Shown in pieces: positions 48,442 to 60,725 of a DNA stretch of 64,000 nt; the first letter of the stretch is position 1, and each line of letters starts with the position of its first letter. Source of the stretch: Octopus sinensis. Taxonomy: Eukaryota. Position numbers and translations under genes: made by a program. The stretch is from the NCBI RefSeq assembly GCF_006345805.1, contig NC_043000.1, positions 80,538,001 through 80,602,000 on the forward strand, in the 5' to 3' direction. The notes under the pieces are model-generated. The model saw nothing but the letters and a program-made list of their open reading frames with translations, was not told the DNA's origin and made no database searches.

Positions 48442-48900
48442 TCTTTGTAGTGAGGGCGCATGGCTTAGTGGTTAGGGCATTCGGCTCATGATCGTAAGGT
48501 TGTGAGTTCGATTCCCGGTGACGCGTTGTGTCCTTGAGCAAGACACTTTATTTCACGTTGCTCCAGTCCACTCAGCTGGCAAAAATGAGTTGTACTTGTA
48601 TTTCAAAGGGTCAGCCTTGTCACTCTCTGTGTCACGCTGATTATCCCCGAGAACTACGTTAAAGGTACACGTGTCTGTGGAATGCTCAGCCATTTGCACG
48701 TTAATTTCACGAGCAAGCTGTTCCATTGATCGTATCAGCTGGGACCCTCGTCGTCGTAACCGGCGGAGTCTTTTAAGAGTCTTTGTATCTGTGTTTGTTA
48801 CTTCATCACTACTTGACAACTGATGTTGGTGTGTTTATGTCCCTGTAACTTAGTAGTTTGACAAAAGAGACTGATACGAATAAATGCCAGGCTTAAAAAA
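48217..48900 (+). mobile_element. tRNA-derived SINE (host), interrupted by a nested SINE in its (GT)n tract
   Basis: Head 'gcaagcatggttgtgtagtaagaa...gggttcaatcccactg'; tail resumes after 48787. Confidence 0.8.
48450..48776 (+). mobile_element. Young tRNA-derived SINE with 11-bp TSD
   Basis: A box TGGCTTAGTGG, B box GTTCGATTCC, many CpGs retained; TSD gagtctttgta at 48439-48449 and 48777-48787. Confidence 0.92.
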
Positions 48901-48993
48901 AACACAAAATTACTGGAGTCAACCATTTGACTAAAATCTTTTTAAGGCAGTGCCCCATGCTGGGGCACTGACTTAAATAAGTAAGTGATATAA

Positions 48994-48999
<6 letters not shown>

Positions 49000-49027
<28 letters not shown>

Positions 49028-49031
49028 TGAC

Positions 49032-49114
<83 letters not shown>

Positions 49115-49125
49115 CAGGTAGGTAG
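49000..49125 (+). repeat. (GACA)n(GATA)n microsatellite
   Basis: Direct reading. Confidence 0.95.
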
Positions 49126-49589
49126 GTAGATACATAGAAGGACAGAGAGAGAGAGCTATATGATGGTCACTGGTAGGGAAATTGAATATAAGTAACAGGA
49201 GGAGGAGGAGGAGGAGAATAAAGAAAGAGGAAAGGAGAAGAAAAGTAGGACAGGATTATTGAATGTTTAGACACCAGATATTTTTGGATGCAGTTAATTT
49301 CTGCCTGTGGTTATATTCTTTGAAGTGTCGAGTGAAAATAGAAATGTCTTTATTGGGGTGTGAAGAATGGAATTTAATGTCTGTATCTTTTATGACTTGT
49401 TTACTCAAACTCTTCTCCAATACAACATGTGTCTTATGTTTTGATTAATTGCTTATTTTAAAGAAGTGGAAGGTGGAGATGGGGTGGGGTTGTCAGTTGA
49501 AGATCTGCAGTTAGTGTTTATTAGTTGTCAATGCTTGAGATTGATGTTTTGTGGTACACATATACACACACACACACACATATACATTT

Positions 49590-50845
49590 GAGAGTGGGCT
49601 GAAAAGTTTATAGGCTGACTATGGAGTGATACTAGAGCTGTGAAATCTTGCATGCATTAATTTCAACTATTCTGCATTGTTTCTTTCCAGATAAACTGAG
49701 ACCTGACTCTTCAAAGACGACTTCAGAAGTAACTAGTGATTTCTCTTGAATAGGACAAAATTTGGTATCATGGTGCTATCAAGTACCTGCAGGAAAAGCT
49801 TTAGCCCCCTAAGGACATTCGTGCTGGCATGGTTGCTACATTAGAGGATGATGCCCCACCTTTATCAACAGTGCAAAAGTGGACACAGCTGAATTTAGGA
49901 GGAGAATGGTGTATCTTGAACATTACCCAAGCTCTGAATATCCTGCAATTGCCACAGCCAAAGAGATCATTGATCATGTTCACCACATGGTGATGGATGA
50001 CAGGTGATCAAATAGCCAATGCTATTAGCATATTCCATGAAAGAGTTGAGAATATTCTGCACAATGAACTTGTCATTACAAGCGTTTCTGCTTGGTGGGT
50101 GCCACATCTGATACTTGATCAAAAGTTCACCAGGTTGATCACATCATGGGAGAATCTGACATTGTTTGAGGCAGATCTAGCTGGTTTCCTTGATCATTAC
50201 CTAACCCAGGATGAGTGTTTTGTTCACCACTTGGAGCCAGAGACAAAAAGACAACTCATGCAGTGGATACACCTCTCCCCACCTGCTCCAAAAGAGGTCA
50301 AGGTCATTTCATCTGCATGGAAGGTGACAGCCTCGGATTTTGGGGATGCAAAGGGCATTATGTTTATTGACTATCTTCAAAAGAGTCAAACTATAAATGG
50401 AGAATACCATACCAATTTGCTGAGGCAGTTATGAAAGGCTTATAAGACCAAACGCTCGGGAAAACTGAAAATAGGAGTCTTATTTTATCAGGACAATGCT
50501 CCAGTACACAAATCCTTCGTTTTAATGGATCTTGTTCATGACTGTGGCTTTGAACTGGCTGATCACTCTCCCTATTCTCCTGATTTGGTCCCATCTATTG
50601 CCCAACACAAAAAAAAGCCCACCTGATTGGCAACCAGTATAGCAGTGATGATCATGTCATATCTGCTGTTGATGACTCTTTTACCAACAGGATGAAAGCT
50701 CCTTTGCCAATGGGATTCAAGTATTGCAACACCAATGAAAGAAGTGAGTGGACTGCTAGTGAAACTATGCTGAAAAATAAACCTCATTTAATCACATTCC
50801 ATGAGAGTGTATTGGTCTACTTATGAACTTTTTAGCTGACTCCCA
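49590..50845 (+). mobile_element. mariner family C, near full length, decayed
   Basis: TIR 'gagagtgggctgaaaagtttataggctgac' with inverted copy near 50815-50845; AWWVPH.L, LTQDECFVHH, SAWKV.A..F.DAKGIMFID, QDNAPVH, YSPDL. Confidence 0.85.
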
Positions 50846-51229
50846 TACATATACACACTCATAGAGATTGATATACTCAATGAGATATAAACATTTGCAT
50901 ACTGATGCTGACACTCATATATACATATATGTATGTATGTATAAATCTGTATATATATATAGTTCAAATTTATAGGAAAACAAAACAAAGACAGGTGTAG
51001 GAACAACAAGTAAGTGTATTAGTTTGATGTCTGGGAAACATGGAAAAGTCTTATTTATACACACAAACATACACACACACACACACACACACACACTCAT
51101 ATATGTACATACATATATATGTAGGTATGTAAATATATGTATGTATACATGCATATATTTATATATACTACTTATATTATATGATCGAATGCCATGCATC
51201 CTTTTCCAATATATATGTATATATATATA

Positions 51230-52290
51230 TAACGGGAAGCTTTATGAAAATAAACAAAAGACGAAGGCAGATGGAAAACAAAAGAACAATTGTATTAGTA
51301 TGGCGCTCAGGAAATATAAATAAAACAAGTCTTTAACGTTTCGAGCCTACGCTCTTCAACAGAAAGATACACAGAGAGAGAAAAACACAGAAAGAAGGAG
51401 AGAAAAAAAATGCGTGCAGTAGCTAACGAATCAACATGGCGAGTATAAAAAATATATATAAAAATACAAAATGGGACAAGAACGCAAAACACTCAAAGAG
51501 ACGACACAAAAAACGGACGGGTCATTCGAAGCCTCTAATCTTCAGTCAAGAACCGGATCATCCTCGCAATTTCAGCTGATTAATCTTGAGATTGCTCCGT
51601 TCCGGCCAGCCTCAAGGAAAAACTAAGCTACGAGCATTAGATTTCTTGGGAAAATGATCGAATGTATACGAAACAAGGACAGAAAAACGGACGATGCCAC
51701 ATGAATATAAATACAATAAACAATAATAGTAATAACAGGACAAAAACAGCGGGTGTCTTACGACTTTAGACAGTTCAACTTAGCTTAGCTGGCATATTTG
51801 GAAAAAAATGCCTTTGCGACATGTTGTCGTGGCAGTGGTCAGAAGCTGAAAGGCTAGTTGACTGGCGGTCACGTGAGAGGAGAAGAGAGAGATAAAAAGG
51901 GGGCAAAGAAATCAAAGAGAGAGAGTAAAAGAGGGACAAAGGCACCAAAGGGGGGGAGAAGAGAGAGAAAGAAGGAATTAAAGAGGGGAGAAGAAAGAGA
52001 GTGTGCCAAGGATTGGCTTGGCGACAGAATCAGTGAGGTGCAAAGTGAGAAAGACTGAGAAATGTGAGTGAGTGGGGGAAGTGGAGACCAAAGAATCAGA
52101 GGCAAGAAAAGAGAAAGACAGAGACTAGTGAAGCATAGAGAAAGTGTGTGTAGAAGTCGTACAATAGTGGAATGCTTACATACATAAGAGAACAAGATAT
52201 ACGTTACGCTGCAATAATATATGTATAAAAAATATATATAAAAATACAAAATGGGACAAGAATGCAAAACACTCAAAGAGACGACACACA
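51230..52290 (-). mobile_element. Penelope-like terminal-repeat region with hammerhead-like motif
   Basis: 51230-51430 is the reverse homolog of 36412-36630; about 60-bp direct repeat 'aaaaatatatataaaaatacaaaatgggacaagaa(c/t)gcaaaacactcaaagagacgacaca' near 51447 and 52227; CpG-rich. Confidence 0.5.
51330..51367 (-). ncRNA. Hammerhead-like motif with CUGUUGA core
   Basis: Reverse complement TCTTT CTGTTGA A GAGC-gtag-GCTC GAAAC GTT AAAGA: stems I (5 bp), II (4 bp) and palindromic III present; A6 replaced by U. Confidence 0.6.
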
Positions 52291-52318
52291 CACACATATA
52301 TATATATAGGGAGGGAGA

Positions 52319-52364
<46 letters not shown>

Positions 52365-53589
52365 GAAGAAGCAACCTCAAAAGATTTTGTTAACAAAACA
52401 ATGAAAAGTAAATTTTACAGCAGACAATGCTTCAGTCTGGAATCAGGGAGAAAAATTTTCCAGTGTCAAAGTTCAAAATATATTCTTTAAAAATGTTTTT
52501 TGCGTGAATCAAAAAGTCCACAGTTTAAATTCCATGTCTTTTACAACCAGAAGAAGAATTAATGTGAAAATGAAACATCTTGAATGAAAATCCACAGAGA
52601 AGGAAATATTAACAGAATACTGTTAATTCGATAGCCATTGGTTCGTATGATGAGGCAAATTTGTCTGAATGAATTTTAATATATGTATATGTAAGTACGT
52701 GGGTGAAAAAACGTGTGTATTAGAGTGTTTGAGATGTGGAATGCTGTTGATTTCAGTTCCAATCCTGGTTAATGTTTACCGAACGGCTGTTTATATATAT
52801 ATTTACTGAAAGAGACTCCATCAAGTTGGTTGTCAAATAGGGAGCAAGTTAAAAGTAAAGAATTTAATTGGCTGGAAATAGCCAATGGGAACGATTATAT
52901 GTTGTGCTTCTGAAAACATTTTCTGTTGCATTCAAGTGACAAGATCACATGACAAAGGACATTTCCATTGGGGCCAAAACTAAAGCTTGTGTTGACTGCA
53001 ACTGGCTGTGACAGTATCATATGTCTATGTTTTTGTGTGTATATCTTCCTGTGTTTTATGAGACTCAGTGATTGGATTTAACATGGAAGGGTGGCAGTGT
53101 AATGTTTTCACAATTTAATATGTCTCTACACATATGTATGTGTATGTGTTATCCTTCTCCTCCTCTCCCCTCCTTCTCATCATCATCACCACCACCACCA
53201 CCACCACCACCATAATCATCATCATCATTATTGTCATCATTATTGCCATCATCATCGTCGAGGTCATCGTCATCATCATCATCATCATCATCATCATCAC
53301 CGTCATCATTATCATCACAATCTTTTAACGTCCATTTTCCTGCTGGTATGTGTTGGACAGTTTGACAAGATTCAATAATGTGCAAGGCTGTACTGAACTC
53401 TAATGTCAGCTCTGGTATGGTTTCTAAAGCCATTCGCTTTTCCTAAAGTCAACCAATTTACAATGTGCTGTGGGTGCATTTCTCATGCTACCAGCACTAG
53501 TGAGGTCACCAAATAACTTGCAAGAGCAAGAAACGAGCAGGAAAAGGAGAAAAAAAAACTCCTTGGCTAAGTGACAGGGAGTATTCGAG

Positions 53590-53850
53590 AAGGGAAAGGG
53601 AAAGTTATCTTCTCGAGTCATACCGACTTGTGAGGGCTAGTTTCCCAATTCCATTGCATACATATTCTTCCCATCTGGATGGGATACCAGCCTGTCACAG
53701 GATTACTCATTTTTGCCAGCTGAGTGGATAGGAACAATGTGAAATGAAGTGTTTTGCTCAAGAATACAATGCATCACCTGGTCCAGGAATTGAAACCACA
53801 ATCTTATGATTATGAGTTCAACACCCTAGCCACAAAGCCATGCACCTCCA
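53590..53850 (-). mobile_element. tRNA-derived SINE (CORE-like)
   Basis: Reverse complement head 'ggaggtgcatggctttgtggctagg', core 'cttgagcaaaacacttc'. Confidence 0.75.
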
Positions 53851-54779
53851 CATATGCACAATGAATCAATGGGAAGGGGAAGTTTTATAAGGGTGTAAGA
53901 AGAGTGATAGGTGGATGGAGATGGAGGGAGAGGAGAATGTAGCAAGTGATGAACAAAGGTGGAGGTGCAATTAATGGGAAATATCAGTATGGAGAATTGG
54001 TGAGATGGGAAAGATTGTAGTGATTCACGGAAGATAGATCAGGAAGTAGGGAGATGATGTGCAAGGTGTCAGAGGAGTAATAGGGAGGGAGATATTGAGG
54101 TGCATAAAGTAGGCTATGAGTGGGGTAGATGGTAGATATGAGAGGGCATTGAAAATGCTAGCAGATATGAGAGATGTTAAGATGAACTATGAGAGAGAGA
54201 TGGAGAGGAAACTGAAAGCACAGAAAGGAGGTGAAAGGTTGAAAATAGTGTAGGAAGGAATGAAGGGTGGAAGAAGTTTTGGGAAGTGAAGGAGGTAACT
54301 AGTTGTGCAAAGAATGAATGAGGGGATGGGTTTATTTATACCAAGTTTGCTCTCAAGTAATTACAGCAGCCAAGTAGTGCCATAGATAGAGGGATGATGG
54401 AATGATGGGTGTTAGAGAAAGAAAGGTTTGGGGAATGCTTGATAAGACAGAGTGAGAGAAAGGATGGGGCCCAGCACATAGAGGCAGAAGTAAAATGTTT
54501 CTGGAGGCACAGAAAGAAGATGTTCAGTGAGAATAGAGTGGGAAAAGAATGAAGGATGAAAATAAGGGATGGAAAATTCCAGGGATGAAAGAGGTAACTA
54601 GTAATGCAAACGAAATGGTGAGGAGTAACGTGTGCTGGTTCTGCTCTCAAGTAACAACAGCTACTGAGTAGTGCCATTCCTAGAGAGTGATGTGGGGAGT
54701 TAGGGAAAATGAGATGCGGGGAGTGTTTTACAGGACAGGATGGGCAACTAGCAGACACAGAGTGATTTTAGGACATCAT

Positions 54780-55560
54780 TTTTGCCATGGTGGATACATT
54801 TTCTTTGGTACAATGAATCACCAAGTATTTAGTCTTTTTTAATTTCTTCTATGAGACTCAGCATTTTAAGATCTGCCTTCACTACTTCATCCCAGGTATT
54901 TCTGATCTTTCGTCTTCCACAAGTTTCACCCTCTTTCAGTCACTGCACGTTTTTTATGTTGCTGACCTCATCCGTATGCATTACATAACAAAACTAACAC
55001 AGTCTTCTCTCTTGCACCCTGCATCTGATTCCTCCTATGCCCAATTTCTCTCTCAATACCTCAGCACTTAGTTATGCATGTACACTGAAATTGTACATCA
55101 AATGAAGCATACTAGCTTCATTCTGCTCTAGTCTATGTATTTCATCTGTTGTTCAGGGCCCACATCTCATCAAAATGTAGTATTGTTGTTTGTACAAAAG
55201 CATCATACAATTAATCTTCCACAAAAGAGACATTTTGTTGCCAACTGAGTTAATAGCTCTTTGAACTTTCTCCATCCTATTCTTATTCTTGCAACTATAC
55301 TTTAAGAACACCCACTTCTACGGCTAAGGTAACTAAAACTATCTACTACCATGTTGGAAGTTTCAAGAGCATTTGATAAAATGCGTTTCTTATGTGTCCA
55401 GATACAAACACTACTTTCTCTGTTAACTTGCCTGTGATTCCACAGCACCACTTGTGTGTCCATAGCTTGCACAAGGTATGCCATTGGGAATTCCTGTCTA
55501 CATCTTTCCTTTGTACTGAGCAGGATCAAGGGAATAGAGTCTTGTTTGTCTTCCTGCCTC
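54780..55560 (-). mobile_element. RTE-clade LINE 3' fragment, decayed
   Basis: Minus pattern VVDSFSYL.....RIGWRKFKELL...RLYDAFV...E.W....RNEASML..M....LREKLGIGGI..VQERRL..V.RM....CGRR..R.TWDEVVK.DL. Confidence 0.75.
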
Positions 55561-56149
55561 CTAGAAATTTGGTCTTTGCTAAGTTAACTTTAAAACACTT
55601 TGCTTCTAGATTTTGCTTCCATACATGATATATATGTATGTGTATGTGTGTGTATTTGTAATGAATGCACATTTCATGAATGCACATCCATGTCTGTGTG
55701 TGTGTTTGTCATTAAAGATACTGATACCTCTTTGTAGCCTTTCTTCAACCACTAAACCCATTTATTTATTGATTTATTGCACCATTCTAAAAACCTCTGA
55801 AGTTGCATGGGCACATGGGTTATGGTGTTCAGCTTGTGAGGTCATTGGTTCAATTCCTTGGCTGGGTAGTATGTCGTATCCTTGAACAAGGCACTTCATT
55901 ATATATTGCTTCATTCTACTCAACTGTAAATGAATACCAGTCAAATACTCGTGCAGCCTTCCCTCCTTCTATCAATCACATCCTGGATGCACAGTTGGAT
56001 GAAACAGTGGAAGAATCAAGAGTGTGTCATCTTATAACTACATAGACACCTAAAATAATTAGTAAAAGCACCATGTTCATGATGTTGGCTAGTTCTAAAT
56101 TATTATACAAAACACTTACCTTGGGATCTCTGTAGATAATGGCACTCTG

Positions 56150-56462
56150 TTGGTTACTCAATGAGGATTCCAGTTGATCCAATCAATGCAACAGCCAGCT
56201 CATGAAATTGAAGCACAAGTGGCTGAGCACTCCACAGACATGCATACCCTTAATGTAGTTCTCAATGCAATTCAGCATAACACAGAATGCAACAAGGCTG
56301 GCTCTTTTAAATACAGGTACAACTCATTTTTGCCAGCTGGGTGGACTAGAGCAATGTGAAATAAAGTGTCTTGCTCAAGAACACAATGTGCCACTGGGAA
56401 TTGAACTCACAACCTCATGATTGTGAGGCAAATACCCTAACCACTAAGCCACCTGCCTTCAC
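56150..56462 (-). mobile_element. tRNA-derived SINE, older relative of 48450-48776
   Basis: Shares head, core and tail ('gctcagccact...aatttcatgag') with the 48450 copy. Confidence 0.8.
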
Positions 56463-56532
56463 TACTATTTTCCCATTGCCTCCAATTTCAACAAACCCTC
56501 AATAGTAGGAATAAACACTTAAGACTGACTTG

Positions 56533-57007
56533 TTTCAAATTTTGGCATAAGGCCAGCAACTTTGAGGAGAGGGAGTAAGTCAATTACATTGACCCCAGTA
56601 CTCAACTGGTGCCTATTTTATTGAACCTGAAAGGCTGAAAGGTAAAGTCAACCTCAGTGGAATTCGAACTCAGAACATAAAGATGAATAAAGTGATCTTA
56701 AGCATTTTGCTTGGCATGCTTACAGTTCTGCCAGCTTGCCACCTTTAAGCAGTTAAGACATGCAGTAATCCTTCGACTATTGTGGCAGAAACATTAGCAT
56801 GCCGGGCAAAATGGTTAGCAGTATTTCATCTACTTCTACATTCTGGGTTCAAATTCCGCCGAGGTTGACTTTGCCTTTCATCCTTTCAGGGTCGATAAAT
56901 TAAGTACCAGTTACACACTGGGGTCGATGTAATCGACTTAATCTCTTTGTCTGTCCCTGTTTGTCCCCTCTATGTTTAGCACCTTGTGGGCAATAAAGAA
57001 ATAAGAA
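56533..57007. mobile_element. Two tRNA-SINE copies in head-to-head (inverted) orientation
   Basis: 56533-56745 is on the minus strand and 56780-57007 on the plus strand; same family. Confidence 0.85.
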
Positions 57008-57339
57008 ACAGTACTGTACTGCATATTTTAAAAATTATTTTTATAATTTGTATATATCTATTTCACTATAAATACAAAGCAACACCACAAAGGAATCGGT
57101 TGTAAGCTTAAATAATAAACTGCGATAGGCGAGGGATTACTGTATTGCTGTCCTTCACAGTTTGTATAAGGCACCCCCAGCAAAACTTCGGAGTCACTGT
57201 TAACTAATCATACTATTAAATTATACACATCTATTAAGTGATTTATTCAATTATTCAGTCAATATTCATTGTCTTTATATGTTTAAAATCATTTATCTTT
57301 AATTGTACATTATATGTGTGTATGTGTATTTGTGTGTGA

Positions 57340-57410
57340 GTGTGTGCATATATGTTTGCACAGGCTCATGCACATATATATAATATATACATACATACAT
57401 ACATATATAC

Positions 57411-57461
<51 letters not shown>

Positions 57462-57480
57462 TATATATACATATATATAC

Positions 57481-57511
<31 letters not shown>

Positions 57512-57521
57512 ATATATATAC

Positions 57522-57566
<45 letters not shown>

Positions 57567-57578
57567 ACACATATATAT

Positions 57579-57673
<95 letters not shown>

Positions 57674-57680
57674 TATAGAT
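57340..57680. repeat. Long interrupted (TA)n microsatellite
   Basis: Direct reading; source of the YI-repeat ORFs. Confidence 0.95.
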
Positions 57681-58253
57681 ATAGTAGACATGATAGTAGG
57701 TAAAATATCAATTTTTATATTTGTATCAATTTCTCTGATTTTTAGTTGTGGGTGAATTATGCAGTGATTATATTAAATGAAGATATCTTAGCAATATGTT
57801 CAACATCAGCATCCATTCTGAATCAATAAAACTTTACATCATACATATATATGTGTGTGTGTAAATGTGTAAGTTCATATAAATATGTATATGTGTATGT
57901 GTGTATGTATGTATATATCTATGCATATATGTATGTATATATGTATGTATGCATGAAGGTATGTATGTATTTATGTAAGTATATATGTATGCATGTATGC
58001 ATGATGTATATATGTATGCAAGCATGTATGCATGAGTGTATGCATGTAAATATGTATGTATTTATATATGTACGTATTTATGTATGTATGAATGTATGTA
58101 CCCATATATATATGTATGCATGCATGCTTGTATATAAGTATGTCTGTCTGTCTGTATGTATGTATATATATATATGTATATGTATGTATGTAAGCATGTA
58201 TGTATTTATGAATGCATGTAAGTATGGATGCGTATATCAATCTATCTGTAAAG

Positions 58254-58297
58254 AGGAAATAATGGTTAATGTTATTTTTCAAAATATCACTCGTGTG
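58254..58297 (+). CDS. Putative exon, host gene B: (E)EIMVNVIFQNITRV
   Basis: AAG acceptor, GTG|GTAATG donor, phase 1 to 0; fits the next exon. Confidence 0.35.
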
Positions 58298-58537
58298 GTA
58301 ATGCAGTGATGTGTAAGTGTTAGTTTCAACAGATCACAAAACCTTAGGATATGAGGTAGTTACTACTACTACTACTACTAATACTACTACCACCATTATT
58401 ATTGTAGTTGTTGTTGTTCTTGTTTATAATTTTCTTTTTTGCTATGAAATATCTTTCAATGAAGATTCGTGAAAAATTGATACTGACATTGAATATATTC
58501 CATATGCATATATATGTATGTATAGAAATATATGTAT

Positions 58538-58571
<34 letters not shown>

Positions 58572-58681
58572 TGTACACACACATACACATATATATGTAT
58601 ATATGTATACATATGTATACATGCATACATACATACATACATACATACATACATACATACATACATACATACATACATACA

Positions 58682-58713
<32 letters not shown>

Positions 58714-59287
58714 CATATACACACACACACATATATATATATATAGGAAAGGAGATTATGAAGAAGATATGTGAAGATATGATGGAAATCAAGTTCTTGA
58801 GTTACTTTTCTTTCTTTTTTTCCCCCTCTTTTACTGTCTGGTCTGTCAGAATTGAAATGATTCCATTTTGGAAAAATGGAATTTAAATATGAAAACTGAA
58901 ATAAAATGAATAAATAAATAACAATATACAGTAAAGGTAAGAACAAAATTTTTTCAGGTTTTTGCTATATTAATATTATTTTGAATATTTACATAAATTT
59001 GTTTGATTATTTCTTTGTTTGTCTTTATAAAGAACTATAATATGTGCTTGTGTGTGTGTATGTGTGTGTGTGTGTGCCTGTGTGTGTGTTTGTGTGCATG
59101 TGAATATGTGTATGTATGTATTTAGATCAAACCTTATAATTCAATTGAAGTTGTCATCACGATCAGTCCATATTTATTCTAGGGTGTTCTATCTTAAGCT
59201 TTAGATAATCATATTGTAACCATGTTAAAGACAGTGAATATATCAATTGTAAGATACACACATACACACACATACAAACACACGCAT

Positions 59288-59326
<39 letters not shown>

Positions 59327-59400
59327 ACACACACACACACACACCGAGTCACATGCATATATATATCATATTATATACATTTATATATTTGTTTTGCCAG

Positions 59401-59486
59401 ATTCTTGATCTGAAATTGCGTGTTGAAACAGATATTGTTATACTTAGGGATGGACATATTTTGCCAATTAAGCACACACACTATAT
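59401..59486 (+). CDS. Putative exon, host gene B: ILDLKLRVETDIVILRDGHILPIKHTHY(I)
   Basis: Strong tttgttttgccAG acceptor; only phase 0 is open; donor GTTTGG is weak, so the 3' boundary is uncertain. Confidence 0.5.
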
Positions 59487-60024
59487 GTTTGGTCTTCATT
59501 TCAGCTTTATTGCTATTATTTTAGTTTCTATGTCAATGTTCTTTCATCACACATTCTGTGACTCTTTCAACAGCTCCCTATCCCATAAGTTCCCCTTGTA
59601 CTATACATATAGATAGACAGATAGATAAGCAGGCCGACAGACAGACAGATTGATGGATAGATAGATAAGTAGATATATATGCACACACACACATTTCTAC
59701 TTTAATAGCTGGTTATCTTGTTTTAACATTACAACGATTAGTTTTGCCATTACATGGTTCTTCTGCTAACATGAGATAAGGTTTGTTATTCAACTTTCAT
59801 ATTTTGAGTCTTAAAAATGAAGAAAGGCAAACCACTCTGTTGTTTGGTGTTTGTTGTTTGGTTTATTCAGTTCATAGGTCATATGTTTACATTGACAGTT
59901 GTATTCTGTTGGGGTTTCTTTGAACATGCTTGCTTTAATGAGTTGATATATGTGTACATGATGCAGTTGTATCTATATCTTTTGAAACAATATGATGGCA
60001 TTGAATGTGTGAATTTATTAACAG

Positions 60025-60079
60025 AAAACAGAAAAATGCTTCTCTTGTGATGGATGATGAAAATCAAGTTATTTTAGTG
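60025..60079 (+). CDS. Putative exon, host gene B: KQKNASLVMDDENQVILV
   Basis: tttattaacAG acceptor, GTG|GTAAAT donor, single open frame (phase 2 to 0). Confidence 0.5.
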
Positions 60080-60469
60080 GTAAATAAACCTACCTATTAA
60101 ATAGTTGTACATTCATTTTATATAGAGATGATTGAAAGATTATGATGAAGGGCAGATCACTCTGTTCCTATTGTTAAGTAATAATATTTATGAAATGATT
60201 ATTTCAAGTGAGATAAGGAAATTTGTTTGATTTATATTCAAACTATCACTGAAACTGCAGTGCTTATCCCAACAAGTCATCATTTAACATCTGTTTTTCC
60301 ATGCTGGCATGAGTTGGATGGTTTGACAGAGACTGGCAATTGAAAGAACAGTGTCAATAATTTTGAATCTCTTCCTGAATCTCTCAGATTTTTCAGTCAT
60401 TAGACTGCTGCCATGCTGGGGTATCACCATGAGGAATTTTTATCAAACTAACTGACCTCAATACTCATT

Positions 60470-60725
60470 TTCTTTTTAAGCCTGGTACTTATTCCATCAG
60501 TTTCTTTTGCTGAACTGCTAAGTTATAGGGATGTAAACACACCAACACCAATTGTCAAGTGGTGGTGGTGAACAAACACAGACACAACGACACACACTCA
60601 TATATATATGTACCAGAGTCTTCTTTCAGTTTCTATTTACCAGATCCACTCACAAGGATTTGGTCAGCCCAAAGCTATAGGTAGATGACACTTACTTAAG
60701 ATAGCATAGAGTGGGACTGAGCCAG
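60470..60725 (-). mobile_element. tRNA-derived SINE copy
   Basis: Tail 'aagcctggtacttattccatcag' and body match 35200-35525. Confidence 0.7.

Noticed and set aside
48450-48530. Functional tRNA genes (also at 12520, 12849, 63672)
   Set aside because: The A/B boxes run into SINE core and tail sequence, with no proper acceptor-stem closure or T-run terminator.
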